DNA of 64,000 nucleotides, taken from NCBI GenBank assembly GCA_035546855.1, contig DASZVY010000034.1, positions 20,195-84,194 of the forward strand, given 5' to 3'. The DNA comes from Nitrobacter sp. (GTDB lineage: Bacteria > Pseudomonadota > Alphaproteobacteria > Rhizobiales > Xanthobacteraceae). The notes under the pieces are model-generated. The model was not told the origin of the DNA, searched no databases, and saw nothing but the letters and a program-made list of their open reading frames with translations. Made by a program: the position numbers and the translations under genes. Below are positions 26,751 to 35,739 of this stretch, in pieces (position 1 is the first letter of the stretch; each line of letters opens with the position of its first letter).

Positions 26751-27803
26751 TCAGAGGCGCTTTCTTGTTGTCGGGTCGAACAGGTGAATATCTTGTGGGC
26801 GAGCCGTGACGCAGATCGTGTCGCCTTCGCGCGGCACGTCGTTATCGCCGACGCGCATCCGCATGGTGGTTCCGCCGCAGTTGAGATCGAGCACGGCCAT
26901 ATCCCCGAGGTCTTCGACCAGATCGACCCGCGCCTTCAGCCCATCGGGCGCCATCCGCAGTGCGCCAGGTCGTATGCCCGCGATCACTTCGCGTCCGTCG
27001 GGAAATTGGGTTGCCGTCTTGAGACGATGGCCGGCGACAAGGATGTCGCCGTTCGTGTAGTGGGCCGGAACGAGATTCATCGGCGGATTGCCGATGAATC
27101 CCGCAATATCGATGGAATTCGGCTGGGCAAAGACTTCCGCGGGTGTGCCGACCTGCTGGATTTCGCCGGCCATGAAGACGGCCATGCGATCGGCAAGCGT
27201 CATCGCTTCCTCCTGGTCGTGCGTGACGTAGACCGCCGTCACGCCCAGCGATCGTTGCAGCTTTTTCAGTTCGGCCCGGGTTTCGAGCCGGAGCTTGGCG
27301 TCGAGATTGGAGAGCGGCTCGTCGAGCAGAAACAGGCGCGCCCTGCGGACGATCGCGCGCGCAAGCGCGCAGCGCTGCTGCTGGCCTCCCGAAAGCTGGC
27401 CGGGCTTGCGGTTGAGCAGATGCTCGATTTTCACTTTTCGCGCGGCGTCCTGGACGGCCGGACCGATCGACGTCTTGGGCAGCCGGGCCATCTCGAGCGG
27501 AAACGCGATGTTCTCGGCAACGGTCATATGCGGATAGAGCGCGTAGCTCTGAAACACCATGGCAATGTCGCGATCACGGGCGTCTGTGGACGTCACGTCC
27601 TTATCGTCGATGAACACATGGCCCGCGGTCGGCGCATCGAGACCGGCAAGGATTCGCAGCGTCGTGCTCTTGCCGGAACCCGAGGGGCCGAGCAGCGCGA
27701 AGAATTCGCCGGGCTCGATATCGAAATTCACGCCCTTCAGCGCCGCGAATTCGCCGTGCATCTTGACGATATCGCGGAATTTGACCTGGCCACGGCCGAT
27801 CAT
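26751..27803 (-). CDS. ABC transporter ATP-binding protein (CUT1 MalK/UgpC type)
   Basis: ORF 26751..28022. The ATG at 27803 (MIGRGQVKFRDI) overlaps the permease stop (ATGA). Walker A GPSGSGKST, signature LSGGQQQR, Walker B LFLLDEP, and a C-terminal regulatory/TOBE-like domain. Confidence 0.9.
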   Translation of the reverse strand: MIGRGQVKFRDIVKMHGEFAALKGVNFDIEPGEFFALLGPSGSGKSTTLRILAGLDAPTAGHVFIDDKDVTSTDARDRDIAMVFQSYALYPHMTVAENIAFPLEMARLPKTSIGPAVQDAARKVKIEHLLNRKPGQLSGGQQQRCALARAIVRRARLFLLDEPLSNLDAKLRLETRAELKKLQRSLGVTAVYVTHDQEEAMTLADRMAVFMAGEIQQVGTPAEVFAQPNSIDIAGFIGNPPMNLVPAHYTNGDILVAGHRLKTATQFPDGREVIAGIRPGALRMAPDGLKARVDLVEDLGDMAVLDLNCGGTTMRMRVGDNDVPREGDTICVTARPQDIHLFDPTTRKRL

Positions 27804-28639
27804 CGGCGTCCTCCACCCTTGACGGCACCGACCGTCAGTCCTTTGACGATTTGTTTTTGAGCCACAACGCCGAGCACGACCACTGGCAACATGGCAAGGA
27901 CCGATACGGCCGCGAGCTTCGCCCACAGGGTTTGCTCGACGGACACGAAGTTGAACATCGCAACCGTCACCGGGCGCACCGTATTGCCGCTGAGCACGAC
28001 GGCGAACAGAAATTCGTTCCACGCATTAAGAAACACGAACACGATAGTGACGGCAATGCCGCCGCGCACCTGCGGAATGATGATCCGCCACAGCGTGCGC
28101 AGCCGGCTTGCGCCGTCGAGATATGCGGCTTCCTCCATTTCGAACGGAACGTCTTCGAAATAGGACACCAGCAGCCAAATCGCGAAGGGCAGGGAGAATG
28201 ACAGATAGATCAAGATAATGCCCTGATAGGTGTCGATCCAGCCGATGTTTCGCAGCACGAGAAAATAGGGAATGATGATGCCGACAGGCGGAAGCATCTG
28301 CGTCGTCAGCACGTAGAAGCCCGCAAATTTTTTGCCGTGGAAGCGCAGCCGCGCCAGTGCATATGCGGCCGGAATCGCCATCAGCATGGTCACGATGGTC
28401 GTGCCCACCGATATGATCATGCTCGAAACAAGGTTCGGAAGAATCGATCCGGAGCCGAACAGCACGTCCCGATAGGCGCCGAGCGTAGGCGAAAAGATGA
28501 GCTTCGGCGGATAGGCCAGCACATCGGAATCGGTCTTGAACGAGTTCAGGACGCTCCAGATAATCGGAAAGGCCCACGCCAGCAGAAGCACAGATGAAAT
28601 GGCGAGCACGACGGCGGTATGGAGGCGTCTCCCGGTCAT
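27800..28639 (-). CDS. ABC transporter permease (CUT1, UgpE/MalG-like)
   Basis: 279 aa, multi-TM. EAA-type loop EAAYLDGASRLRTLWRIIIP. Confidence 0.85.
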   Translation of the reverse strand: MTGRRLHTAVVLAISSVLLLAWAFPIIWSVLNSFKTDSDVLAYPPKLIFSPTLGAYRDVLFGSGSILPNLVSSMIISVGTTIVTMLMAIPAAYALARLRFHGKKFAGFYVLTTQMLPPVGIIIPYFLVLRNIGWIDTYQGIILIYLSFSLPFAIWLLVSYFEDVPFEMEEAAYLDGASRLRTLWRIIIPQVRGGIAVTIVFVFLNAWNEFLFAVVLSGNTVRPVTVAMFNFVSVEQTLWAKLAAVSVLAMLPVVVLGVVAQKQIVKGLTVGAVKGGGRR

Positions 28640-29571
28640 TTCGCCCTCCGCAGCGCAAACAGCACGCCCGAAATGATGATCGTGACGATGAGGAGGGCAA
28701 CGGCGAGAGCGGCGCCGTAGCCGATGGAGAGCTCGGTAAAGGATTTTCGGTAGGCATAGAGATTGAGAATTTCAGTCGCGGTACCCGGACCACCCGCTGT
28801 GACGGTGAAGATCGCGGCGAATGCCGTGAGAGCCACCATCGTTCGCATGATCACGACCATGACGATGGCCGGGCGAAGCAGCGGCAGAGTGATGCGCCGG
28901 AAGCGCTGCCATGCGGTTGCGCGGTCGAGGCGGGCCGCCTCATAGATGTCCTCGGGCAGCGAGGCCAGTGAAGCAAGCAGCACCATGAAGGCGAAGGGCG
29001 TCCACTGCCAGGTGTGGATAGCGATTACCGAGACCATCGCGAGCGTGGGATCGCCGAGCCAGTTCTGGCTGCCGAGGCCGGCGTTGACGGCAAGGAAGTC
29101 GACGATGCCGAAATCGGGAGCGAGCATGAATGTCCGCCAGATCATGCCGACGACGGCCGGCGAAAGCACCACCGGTAGGATCGCGATCAGCCTGAACCAG
29201 CCCTGGCCGCGTTTCATGTCCATGACCAGAAGAGCCAGCGCCAATCCGATCGCGACCTGGAGCGCAACAGTCGCGCCGGTATAGACCAGACTGATCAGAA
29301 GCGACGACCAGAACCGTTCGTCGGTCAGCAGCACACGATAATTCTCGAATCCGACGAAGCCGTTCATGAACGGCATCGCGAGATTCATCCGGTACGTGCT
29401 GGTCCAGACCAGGAAGATCAACGGAAACGTCGTCGTGGCGAGCAGCGCGAGAAACGCCGGCGCAAGCAGGGCTGCCGCAAACCGGCGTTCACGTTGTGCC
29501 AGCGCGTGGCCGAAATCGGCGAAACCACCATGGCTTCCCGTTTCGGCCGGCGCGATTGCTGACGCAGCCAT
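28636..29571 (-). CDS. ABC transporter permease (CUT1, UgpA/MalF-like)
   Basis: 311 aa, multi-TM. EAA loop EAARLDRATAWQRFRRITLP. 4-nt overlap with the downstream permease. Confidence 0.85.
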   Translation of the reverse strand: MAASAIAPAETGSHGGFADFGHALAQRERRFAAALLAPAFLALLATTTFPLIFLVWTSTYRMNLAMPFMNGFVGFENYRVLLTDERFWSSLLISLVYTGATVALQVAIGLALALLVMDMKRGQGWFRLIAILPVVLSPAVVGMIWRTFMLAPDFGIVDFLAVNAGLGSQNWLGDPTLAMVSVIAIHTWQWTPFAFMVLLASLASLPEDIYEAARLDRATAWQRFRRITLPLLRPAIVMVVIMRTMVALTAFAAIFTVTAGGPGTATEILNLYAYRKSFTELSIGYGAALAVALLIVTIIISGVLFALRRAK

Positions 29572-29574
29572 CGA

Positions 29575-30969
29575 TCAGCCGCGCATCATCGGTTCGATGC
29601 GGCGCTGCGCTTCATCGAGGGCGGCCTTGACGGTCGCCTGACCTGATAGTGCGGACTGGATGGCGGTCGCCATGGTGTCGCCGATTGCCGGCCACTGCGG
29701 CACGCGCGGACGCCAATCGACGTCGGTGTCGTGTTGCAGCGCGTCCATGGTGGCTTCGACGAAATTGGGACCGAAGCCGTTCATCAGCTTGATGTAGTCG
29801 GGATCCTTCCAGATCGACGTGCGGTTGACGCCGGAGCGCTTGGTGGGGCCGGCGAAACGATGGGCTGTGCGGGCCTGGGTTTCAGCGCTCGCAGCCCACT
29901 GGATGAACAGCCAGGTCGCCTTCTTCTTCTTTTCGCTCAATGCCGCGTTGATCGGGAAGCCCCAGTTCCAGATCGAGGTGGTGCGTTTGCCGGACGGTCC
30001 CTTCGGCCAGCGGGCATAGGCTACCTTGCCGATGACTTTCGATTTTTGCGGATTGTTGATCACCGACGCCGACGAATGCGCGTCGATGTAGCTCGCGACC
30101 GTGCCCTGCGAGAATGCATCGGCGATGTCGGGCCAGTTCCAGTTTGCAGCGGCAGTCGGCGCGTACTTTTTCATGAGGTCGACATACCAGGCGAGTGCAG
30201 CTTCGGCTTCCGGACCATTGACCGTCAGCTTGCCGCCCTTCATCCAGTCGCCACCGAATTCGCGGAAGATCGACGGATAGATGTACATGTTCTGGCCGGC
30301 GCCGGCGAGGCCGCGCAGCGCCGCGCCCCAGATACGGTCGTTCGGCGCGTTCAGGGCCGCCGCGTTTGAAACGTACGCTTCGAGCGTGTCCGCAGGCTTC
30401 AGGCCTTTGGCGTCGTAGAGATCCTTGCGATAGACCTGAATGGTGACCTCGCCATCATAGGGCATGCCATAAAGCTTGCCGTTGATGCCGTTGGCGCTCC
30501 GCCACGCCGGAATGATGTCATCGAAATTGAACCACGCGGTATCCGTCAACGATTTGTCGTTCAGATACGCGTCGAGAGGTTCAACCCATTTGTTGGCGGC
30601 ATAGAGCGCGTAATACATCGGATCGGCCGCATGGGTCGCGTAGGTGCCGGTCTTCGAGGTCAGATCGATGACGCTCTTCTGCCGAATCTGGGCGGGCGGA
30701 ATTTTTTCAAACCGGACGTCGATTCCAGTCAGTTCCTTGAACTGGGGCGCCAGCGAAATAAGGTTCTCGAAATAGCTGGCCGGAATGACTGCGACCGTGA
30801 TGGTCTCGCCTTTTGTCTGCTGCCAGTCGACCTTCGCGGACTTGTATGGCGTGAGATCGGCGTCATCGGCCCGGGCTCGGCGAAGAACCGCCGGGGCAAA
30901 CGTTGCCAGGGCGGCTGCTGCCGTTCCTGTCTTGAGAAGCGTTCGTCGTGTCGGCGCAAATGACGTCAT
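29575..30969 (-). CDS. ABC transporter periplasmic solute-binding protein (family 1, carbohydrate type) with Tat-like signal
   Basis: ORF 29575..30984. ATG at 30969 (MTSFAPTRRTLLKTGTAAAALATFAPAVLRRARA). About 464 aa. Confidence 0.85.
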   Translation of the reverse strand: MTSFAPTRRTLLKTGTAAAALATFAPAVLRRARADDADLTPYKSAKVDWQQTKGETITVAVIPASYFENLISLAPQFKELTGIDVRFEKIPPAQIRQKSVIDLTSKTGTYATHAADPMYYALYAANKWVEPLDAYLNDKSLTDTAWFNFDDIIPAWRSANGINGKLYGMPYDGEVTIQVYRKDLYDAKGLKPADTLEAYVSNAAALNAPNDRIWGAALRGLAGAGQNMYIYPSIFREFGGDWMKGGKLTVNGPEAEAALAWYVDLMKKYAPTAAANWNWPDIADAFSQGTVASYIDAHSSASVINNPQKSKVIGKVAYARWPKGPSGKRTTSIWNWGFPINAALSEKKKKATWLFIQWAASAETQARTAHRFAGPTKRSGVNRTSIWKDPDYIKLMNGFGPNFVEATMDALQHDTDVDWRPRVPQWPAIGDTMATAIQSALSGQATVKAALDEAQRRIEPMMRG

Positions 30970-31010
30970 GCTCTGTCCTCCCAAATCCGGCTTGCTGCCG
31001 ATTAGTTAGG

Positions 31011-31033
31011 ACATTTACGCAAATGTTATAACA
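31011..31033. promoter_or_regulatory. Two overlapping palindromes: ACATTT-ACGC-AAATGT and TGTTATAACA
   Basis: Read directly. They lie in the divergent region between the binding-protein gene (minus) and the amidohydrolase gene (plus). The GT...AC core is typical of GntR-family operators. Confidence 0.45.
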
Positions 31034-31260
31034 AGTCAATCTTGGACCGGGAATTCGAGCCGGCCGGGCGCAGGTGCGGTTCACCCGGCCGCTCTCGTCC
31101 AGGTGGGCGGCCCGTCGTCGTTTCGTTTTTCCTATCGGCGGCTTCGATCAATCGGAGTTAGCGGCTTTTTCCCGCTTCAACTAACGTTTGAGTGCCGCGG
31201 CTCGATCGGCAGTCACCTTTCTGATCGCGGCCGTGGATCGGCCTGCTTGTTACCAAAGAG

Positions 31261-32619
31261 ATGACAATGACTGACAAAGTCTTCCAAGGAACGGTTGTTC
31301 TGCCCGATCGTATCCTCGAAAACGGTTATGTTCTGGTGGGTGACGGAATGGTGCAATCGGTCGGGTCGGGAGGGGGGCCCGCCGGCGAAAAGCACGGCGG
31401 CCCGGGATTTTTCGTGTTTCCCGGCGCGATCGACGCACAAACTCATAGCCGCAGCCAGCTTGGACAAGAGGATTTCATCTGGTCGACGCGCAGCGCCGCA
31501 GCGGGTGGTGTCACGACGATAGTGGACATGCCCTATGACGACAACTGCCTGATTGCGACGGCTGAGCGATTTCGCACCAAGGCGAAGGAAGCGGGGGCGC
31601 AGGCGCGCGTTGACTTCGCCCTTTATGCGACGATTGATCCTGAAGAGGGTGCGGCGCGGATCGATGAACTGGTCGATGCGGGCGCGGCGGCCTTCAAGTT
31701 CTCGACCTTCGGCACGCACCCGAAACGCTTTCCGCGGATTTCGCCGCACATGCTGTATGAAAGCTTCCGCGCCGTCGGAAGGCGTGGGCTGATCGCCGGT
31801 ATTCACAACGAAAATGACGAGATGGTCCGCGCCTTTATGGCGGATGTCGAAGCCAAGGGCATCACCGATTACACGGCGCATGGACTTTCGCGGCCGCCGA
31901 TTTCCGAGGCGCTGGCGACGGCCGAGGTGTACGAACTCGGTGCTGGCGCAGGTTGCCCAGTGCATATCGTTCACAGCTCGATCGGGCGCGGCTACGAACT
32001 CGCCGCGGCCTATCGCGCGCAGGGACATGGCGCGACGATCGAAGCCTGCGTTCATTATCTCACGCTCGATGAGGAAAACGACGTCCGCCGTCTTGGCGGC
32101 AAGGCCAAGATCAATCCGCCCCTGCGGTCGCGCCGCGAGGTTGAAGCGCTGTGGCATCATCTGGCCGCCGGCAATGTCACGATCGTCTCGACCGATCATG
32201 TGAGCTGGTCGGAAGACCGCAAGACTGACCCCAACATGCTGAAGAATTCGTCGGGCATTCCGGGCCTCGAAGCGTTGTATGCGCTGCTTGTGAAGGGACT
32301 GGACGAGCGCAAGCTGTCCCTCAGTCATGCCGCGCGCCTGCTTGCCCACAATCCCGCTGCACTGTTCCGGATCACACACGCCAAAGGCGCGCTGGAAGTT
32401 GGGCGCGATGCTGATATGGTGCTCATGCGGCGGGATCCCTATCGCTACAAGGCGGCGGCCAGCGGCAACAATTTCGTATCCTGGAGTCCGTATGACGGAA
32501 TCGAACTGCCGTTCCGCGTCGTCGAAACCTATCTGCGCGGCGAATGCGTCGCAGCCGACGGGCGCGTGCTCGGCGAACCCGGGCAGGGCCGGTTTGTCAG
32601 CCCGCGCCGTGTTCAGTAG
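31261..32619 (+). CDS. Cyclic amidohydrolase (allantoinase/hydantoinase/dihydroorotase superfamily), variant metal site
   Basis: 452 aa. Motifs AAFKFS (lysine position), GIHNEND, VHIVHSS and STDHVSW. The first HxH motif reads PGAIDAQTH, that is Q-x-H. Confidence 0.8.
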   Translation: MTMTDKVFQGTVVLPDRILENGYVLVGDGMVQSVGSGGGPAGEKHGGPGFFVFPGAIDAQTHSRSQLGQEDFIWSTRSAAAGGVTTIVDMPYDDNCLIATAERFRTKAKEAGAQARVDFALYATIDPEEGAARIDELVDAGAAAFKFSTFGTHPKRFPRISPHMLYESFRAVGRRGLIAGIHNENDEMVRAFMADVEAKGITDYTAHGLSRPPISEALATAEVYELGAGAGCPVHIVHSSIGRGYELAAAYRAQGHGATIEACVHYLTLDEENDVRRLGGKAKINPPLRSRREVEALWHHLAAGNVTIVSTDHVSWSEDRKTDPNMLKNSSGIPGLEALYALLVKGLDERKLSLSHAARLLAHNPAALFRITHAKGALEVGRDADMVLMRRDPYRYKAAASGNNFVSWSPYDGIELPFRVVETYLRGECVAADGRVLGEPGQGRFVSPRRVQ

Positions 32620-32640
32620 TCGCGCTTGGCGATCCGGCCG

Positions 32641-33909
32641 ATGAAAACCAATCTTCCGCTCGATGGGAACCGCCTCTGGGCGGATGTGGTGGCACTCGCC
32701 GAGATCACCGATCCGGAGCGACCCTATACCCGGCGCTCGTTTACGCCATTGTTCCTCGAAGGCCGCGCGTGGCTTGCCCGGCGCTTTGCCGACGCGGGAT
32801 TGACGACCCGGATCGATGCGGCCGGAAATCTGATCGGACGGCTCGAGGGCACCAATCCGGCGCTCGGCGTCATCGCAGTAGGATCGCACAGCGACACGGT
32901 CCCCTCAGGTGGCCGCTTCGATGGCATCGCCGGAGTTGCGACCGGGCTCGAGATCGTCCGTGCACTGCGTCAGTCAGGAACACGCCTCAATCACACTCTC
33001 GAGATCATCGATTTTCTTGCTGAGGAACCCAGCGAGTACGGTCTGTCCTGCGTCGGTAGCCGAGGCATGACCGGCTCGCTCGACAGCAAGATGCTCGATC
33101 TCACGGAGCCGGCAGGCGAAACCTTGCGCGAAGCGTTGCGACGCGTCGGCGGCGATCCCGGCCGGCTGGCCGAAGCCCGACGCACGGATATCCGGGCGTT
33201 CCTCGAGTTGCACATCGAGCAAGGCATCGTGCTGGAGTCGCGGTCGCTTGATGTCGGCATCGTTACGTCGATCGTGGGCATCCGCCGGATCGAGGTCGTC
33301 TTCCAGGGCGAGGCCGATCATGCCGGTACGACGCCGATTGATCTTCGTCATGATGCGCTTGTGGCGGCTGCCAACACGGTCGGGGCCGTCCGCCGTCTCG
33401 CCGAGCAACTCGCTGGTGAAACGGAGGATTACTTCGTCGCGACCGTCGGCATCCTGGCCGTTGAACCCTCGGCGTCCAACATTGTACCGGGCCGGTGCCG
33501 CCTGATCATCGACGCACGAACAACGAATCCAGTTCTGACGAAGCGCTTCGTGGAGTCCATCGATCGCGAAAGTACGGCACACGCAGCTACGGCGCGTGTG
33601 AATAGAACTTCGTTCGAGACCCTGTCGGATGGACCGCCGGTCGCCTGCGATCCGGATTTGCGCGCGGCGCTACGGCAGGGCGCGCGCGATCTGGGTCTTG
33701 CCGAAATGGACTTGCCAAGCGGCGCCGGCCACGATGCCGCGTTCATGAGCCGCATCTGCAAATCTGCCATGGTGTTCGTGCCCTGCCGCAAAGGCAAGAG
33801 TCACGCTCCCGAAGAATGGGCGGGCAGGGAAGCGATCGCCGCCGGTGCTGCAGTCATCTATCAGGCGGTCAGGGCGTTCGATCGATCGCCATCGCAAGAA
33901 GCGCGCTAG
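32641..33909 (+). CDS. M20-family amidase: N-carbamoyl-L-amino-acid hydrolase / allantoate amidohydrolase type
   Basis: ORF 32626..33909 (TTG). I prefer the ATG at 32641. Motifs GSHSDTVPSGGRFDG and HIEQG. C-terminal PSGAGHDA. Confidence 0.85.
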   Translation: MKTNLPLDGNRLWADVVALAEITDPERPYTRRSFTPLFLEGRAWLARRFADAGLTTRIDAAGNLIGRLEGTNPALGVIAVGSHSDTVPSGGRFDGIAGVATGLEIVRALRQSGTRLNHTLEIIDFLAEEPSEYGLSCVGSRGMTGSLDSKMLDLTEPAGETLREALRRVGGDPGRLAEARRTDIRAFLELHIEQGIVLESRSLDVGIVTSIVGIRRIEVVFQGEADHAGTTPIDLRHDALVAAANTVGAVRRLAEQLAGETEDYFVATVGILAVEPSASNIVPGRCRLIIDARTTNPVLTKRFVESIDRESTAHAATARVNRTSFETLSDGPPVACDPDLRAALRQGARDLGLAEMDLPSGAGHDAAFMSRICKSAMVFVPCRKGKSHAPEEWAGREAIAAGAAVIYQAVRAFDRSPSQEAR

Positions 33910-33943
33910 ATAATCCTTCCCAGGGCGACAGTTGTCCGAAACG

Positions 33944-34207
33944 TCAGTTTGCGTGGCGAGGCTCGGCCAATTTCCTTCGCAGTGAATTGACAAGCCCTCG
34001 CTCGGCTTCGCTCAACATGCGTTCGCCCGAATAGATCACGAACAGCCGCCGGGAGATCGTCGGTTCGGTGATCGGATGTGCGATCAGGTCGCCGGCTGCG
34101 ATTTCGCGTTCCACCGCCGATGGCGGGAGAACCGCGCAGACCGGCAAGCGTGCAAGCAGGGTGACCGCCATCGGCAACGCATCGAATGCTGCAAAATGGC
34201 CCGACAT
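33944..34207 (-). pseudogene. Remnant of a LysR-type regulator (C-terminal ~85 aa of the effector domain only)
   Basis: LPPSAVEREIAAGDLIAHPITEPTISRRLFVIYSGERMLSEAERGLVNSLRRKL matches a LysR C-terminus. No HTH or N-terminal effector domain exists upstream. That frame runs into the hydantoinase 3' end and gives non-LysR sequence. Confidence 0.55.
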
Positions 34208-34218
34208 CTGACTTCCGC

Positions 34219-35637
34219 CTAATCGACGTAGAAATCGGATTCTGCCGACGGCTTCGCCCGGGGGAGATAAGTACCGTGGCCTTTGGTGCCCACGAGGACG
34301 CCATCATCGACTATGACTTTTCCGCGAACCATGGTCATGACCGGCCAGCCGGTGACTTCGAGCCCCTCGTAAGGGGTATAGTCCGAACCGTCATGGACCA
34401 GTTCGTGGCGAATGGTCACTTTGCGTCTGGGGTCCCATAGCGCGATATCCGCATCCGATCCGACCGCTATGGTTCCTTTACGCGGATAGAGACCATAAAT
34501 CTTGGCATGGTTCGTTGCGCTGAATGCAACGAAGCTGTTGAGATCAATACGGCCCTTCATCACGCCTTCGGAAAACAGGATAGGGAGCCGAGTCGCTACC
34601 CCAGGAATTCCGTTGGGTACCCAACGAAAGCTTGTCCGGCCTTTCGGAACCAGCTTGCCTTCCGGATCATCGTAGCGGAATGGGCAATGGTCCGACGAAA
34701 ATACCGAAAACACTTTCTGTTGCAGGCCTTCCCAGCATGCCTTTTGGCTCGCGACATCTCGTGGTGGCGGCGAGCAGACGTATTTTGCGCCCTCCATGTT
34801 CAACTGATCGAGGTCTTTTTCCGTCAACATGAGATATTGCGGGCAGGTCTCGCCCATGACTTTCAATCCGCGCTGCTGCGCCCGCCGGATTTCATCCATC
34901 GTTTCTCGGTTCGAGACGTGCACGATCATAATTGGCACGTCGACGAGTTCGGACAATGAGATGGCGCGATGCGTTGCCTCGCGCTCAACCGGGATTGGCC
35001 GTGATGCGCCGTGAAAGCGGGGGGCGATGTTGCCTGCCCGTTCAAGGCGATCAGTCAGGAATCGGATCGCATCATAGTTTTCCGCATGCACCATGAGCAT
35101 CGCACCGGTCTCCCGCGCGACCGCCATGGTTTCGAGCAGTTCTCGATCCGATAGCGCAAGTCCCTCATAAGTCATGAAAACTTTGAGCGAGGTGTAGCCA
35201 TCCTCCACCAGCGCGGGCAGTTCCTGACCGAGAACCTGCTCGGTTGGATCCGTGACGATCAGGTGGAAGGCGACGTCGACGTGGCACTCTCCATCTGCAA
35301 GTGCGTGATAGCTGCGTAACGCTTCGCACAGCGTCTGGCCTTTCTCCTGCAGGCAAAATGGCATCACCGTCGTATTGCCACCGAACGCTGCGGAGCGTGT
35401 GCCTGTGGCAAAACCGTCGGCCATGACGATTCCTTCGCCGGAGGGTTGAGCAAAATGAACGTGGCTGTCGATGCCGCCCGGCAGCACCAAACGATCGGTC
35501 GCATCGATGATCGCGTCGGCCATGCCGAGATCATCTCCAAGAGCTACGATTTTGCCATCGCGAATGCCAATGTCCGCGGCGAAGGTGTCGGCGGCAGTGA
35601 CGACCGTGCCACCGCGGATGATCGTATCGAATGACAT
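34219..35637 (-). CDS. D-hydantoinase / dihydropyrimidinase
   Basis: ORF 34219..35724. ATG at 35637 (MSFDTIIRGGTVV). Canonical PGGIDSHVH, SLKVFM (lysine), MVHAEN, IVHVS and SSDHCPF. Confidence 0.9.
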   Translation of the reverse strand: MSFDTIIRGGTVVTAADTFAADIGIRDGKIVALGDDLGMADAIIDATDRLVLPGGIDSHVHFAQPSGEGIVMADGFATGTRSAAFGGNTTVMPFCLQEKGQTLCEALRSYHALADGECHVDVAFHLIVTDPTEQVLGQELPALVEDGYTSLKVFMTYEGLALSDRELLETMAVARETGAMLMVHAENYDAIRFLTDRLERAGNIAPRFHGASRPIPVEREATHRAISLSELVDVPIMIVHVSNRETMDEIRRAQQRGLKVMGETCPQYLMLTEKDLDQLNMEGAKYVCSPPPRDVASQKACWEGLQQKVFSVFSSDHCPFRYDDPEGKLVPKGRTSFRWVPNGIPGVATRLPILFSEGVMKGRIDLNSFVAFSATNHAKIYGLYPRKGTIAVGSDADIALWDPRRKVTIRHELVHDGSDYTPYEGLEVTGWPVMTMVRGKVIVDDGVLVGTKGHGTYLPRAKPSAESDFYVD

Positions 35638-35739
35638 GTTGTTGCCCTTCATTCCGGGTCGTCCGTTTGTGCGTGATGACCTCCGCCAATGCATCGGTCG
35701 GTCTGTTGGTCCTTTAAGGTGCAAACGTCGCGCGTGCCG

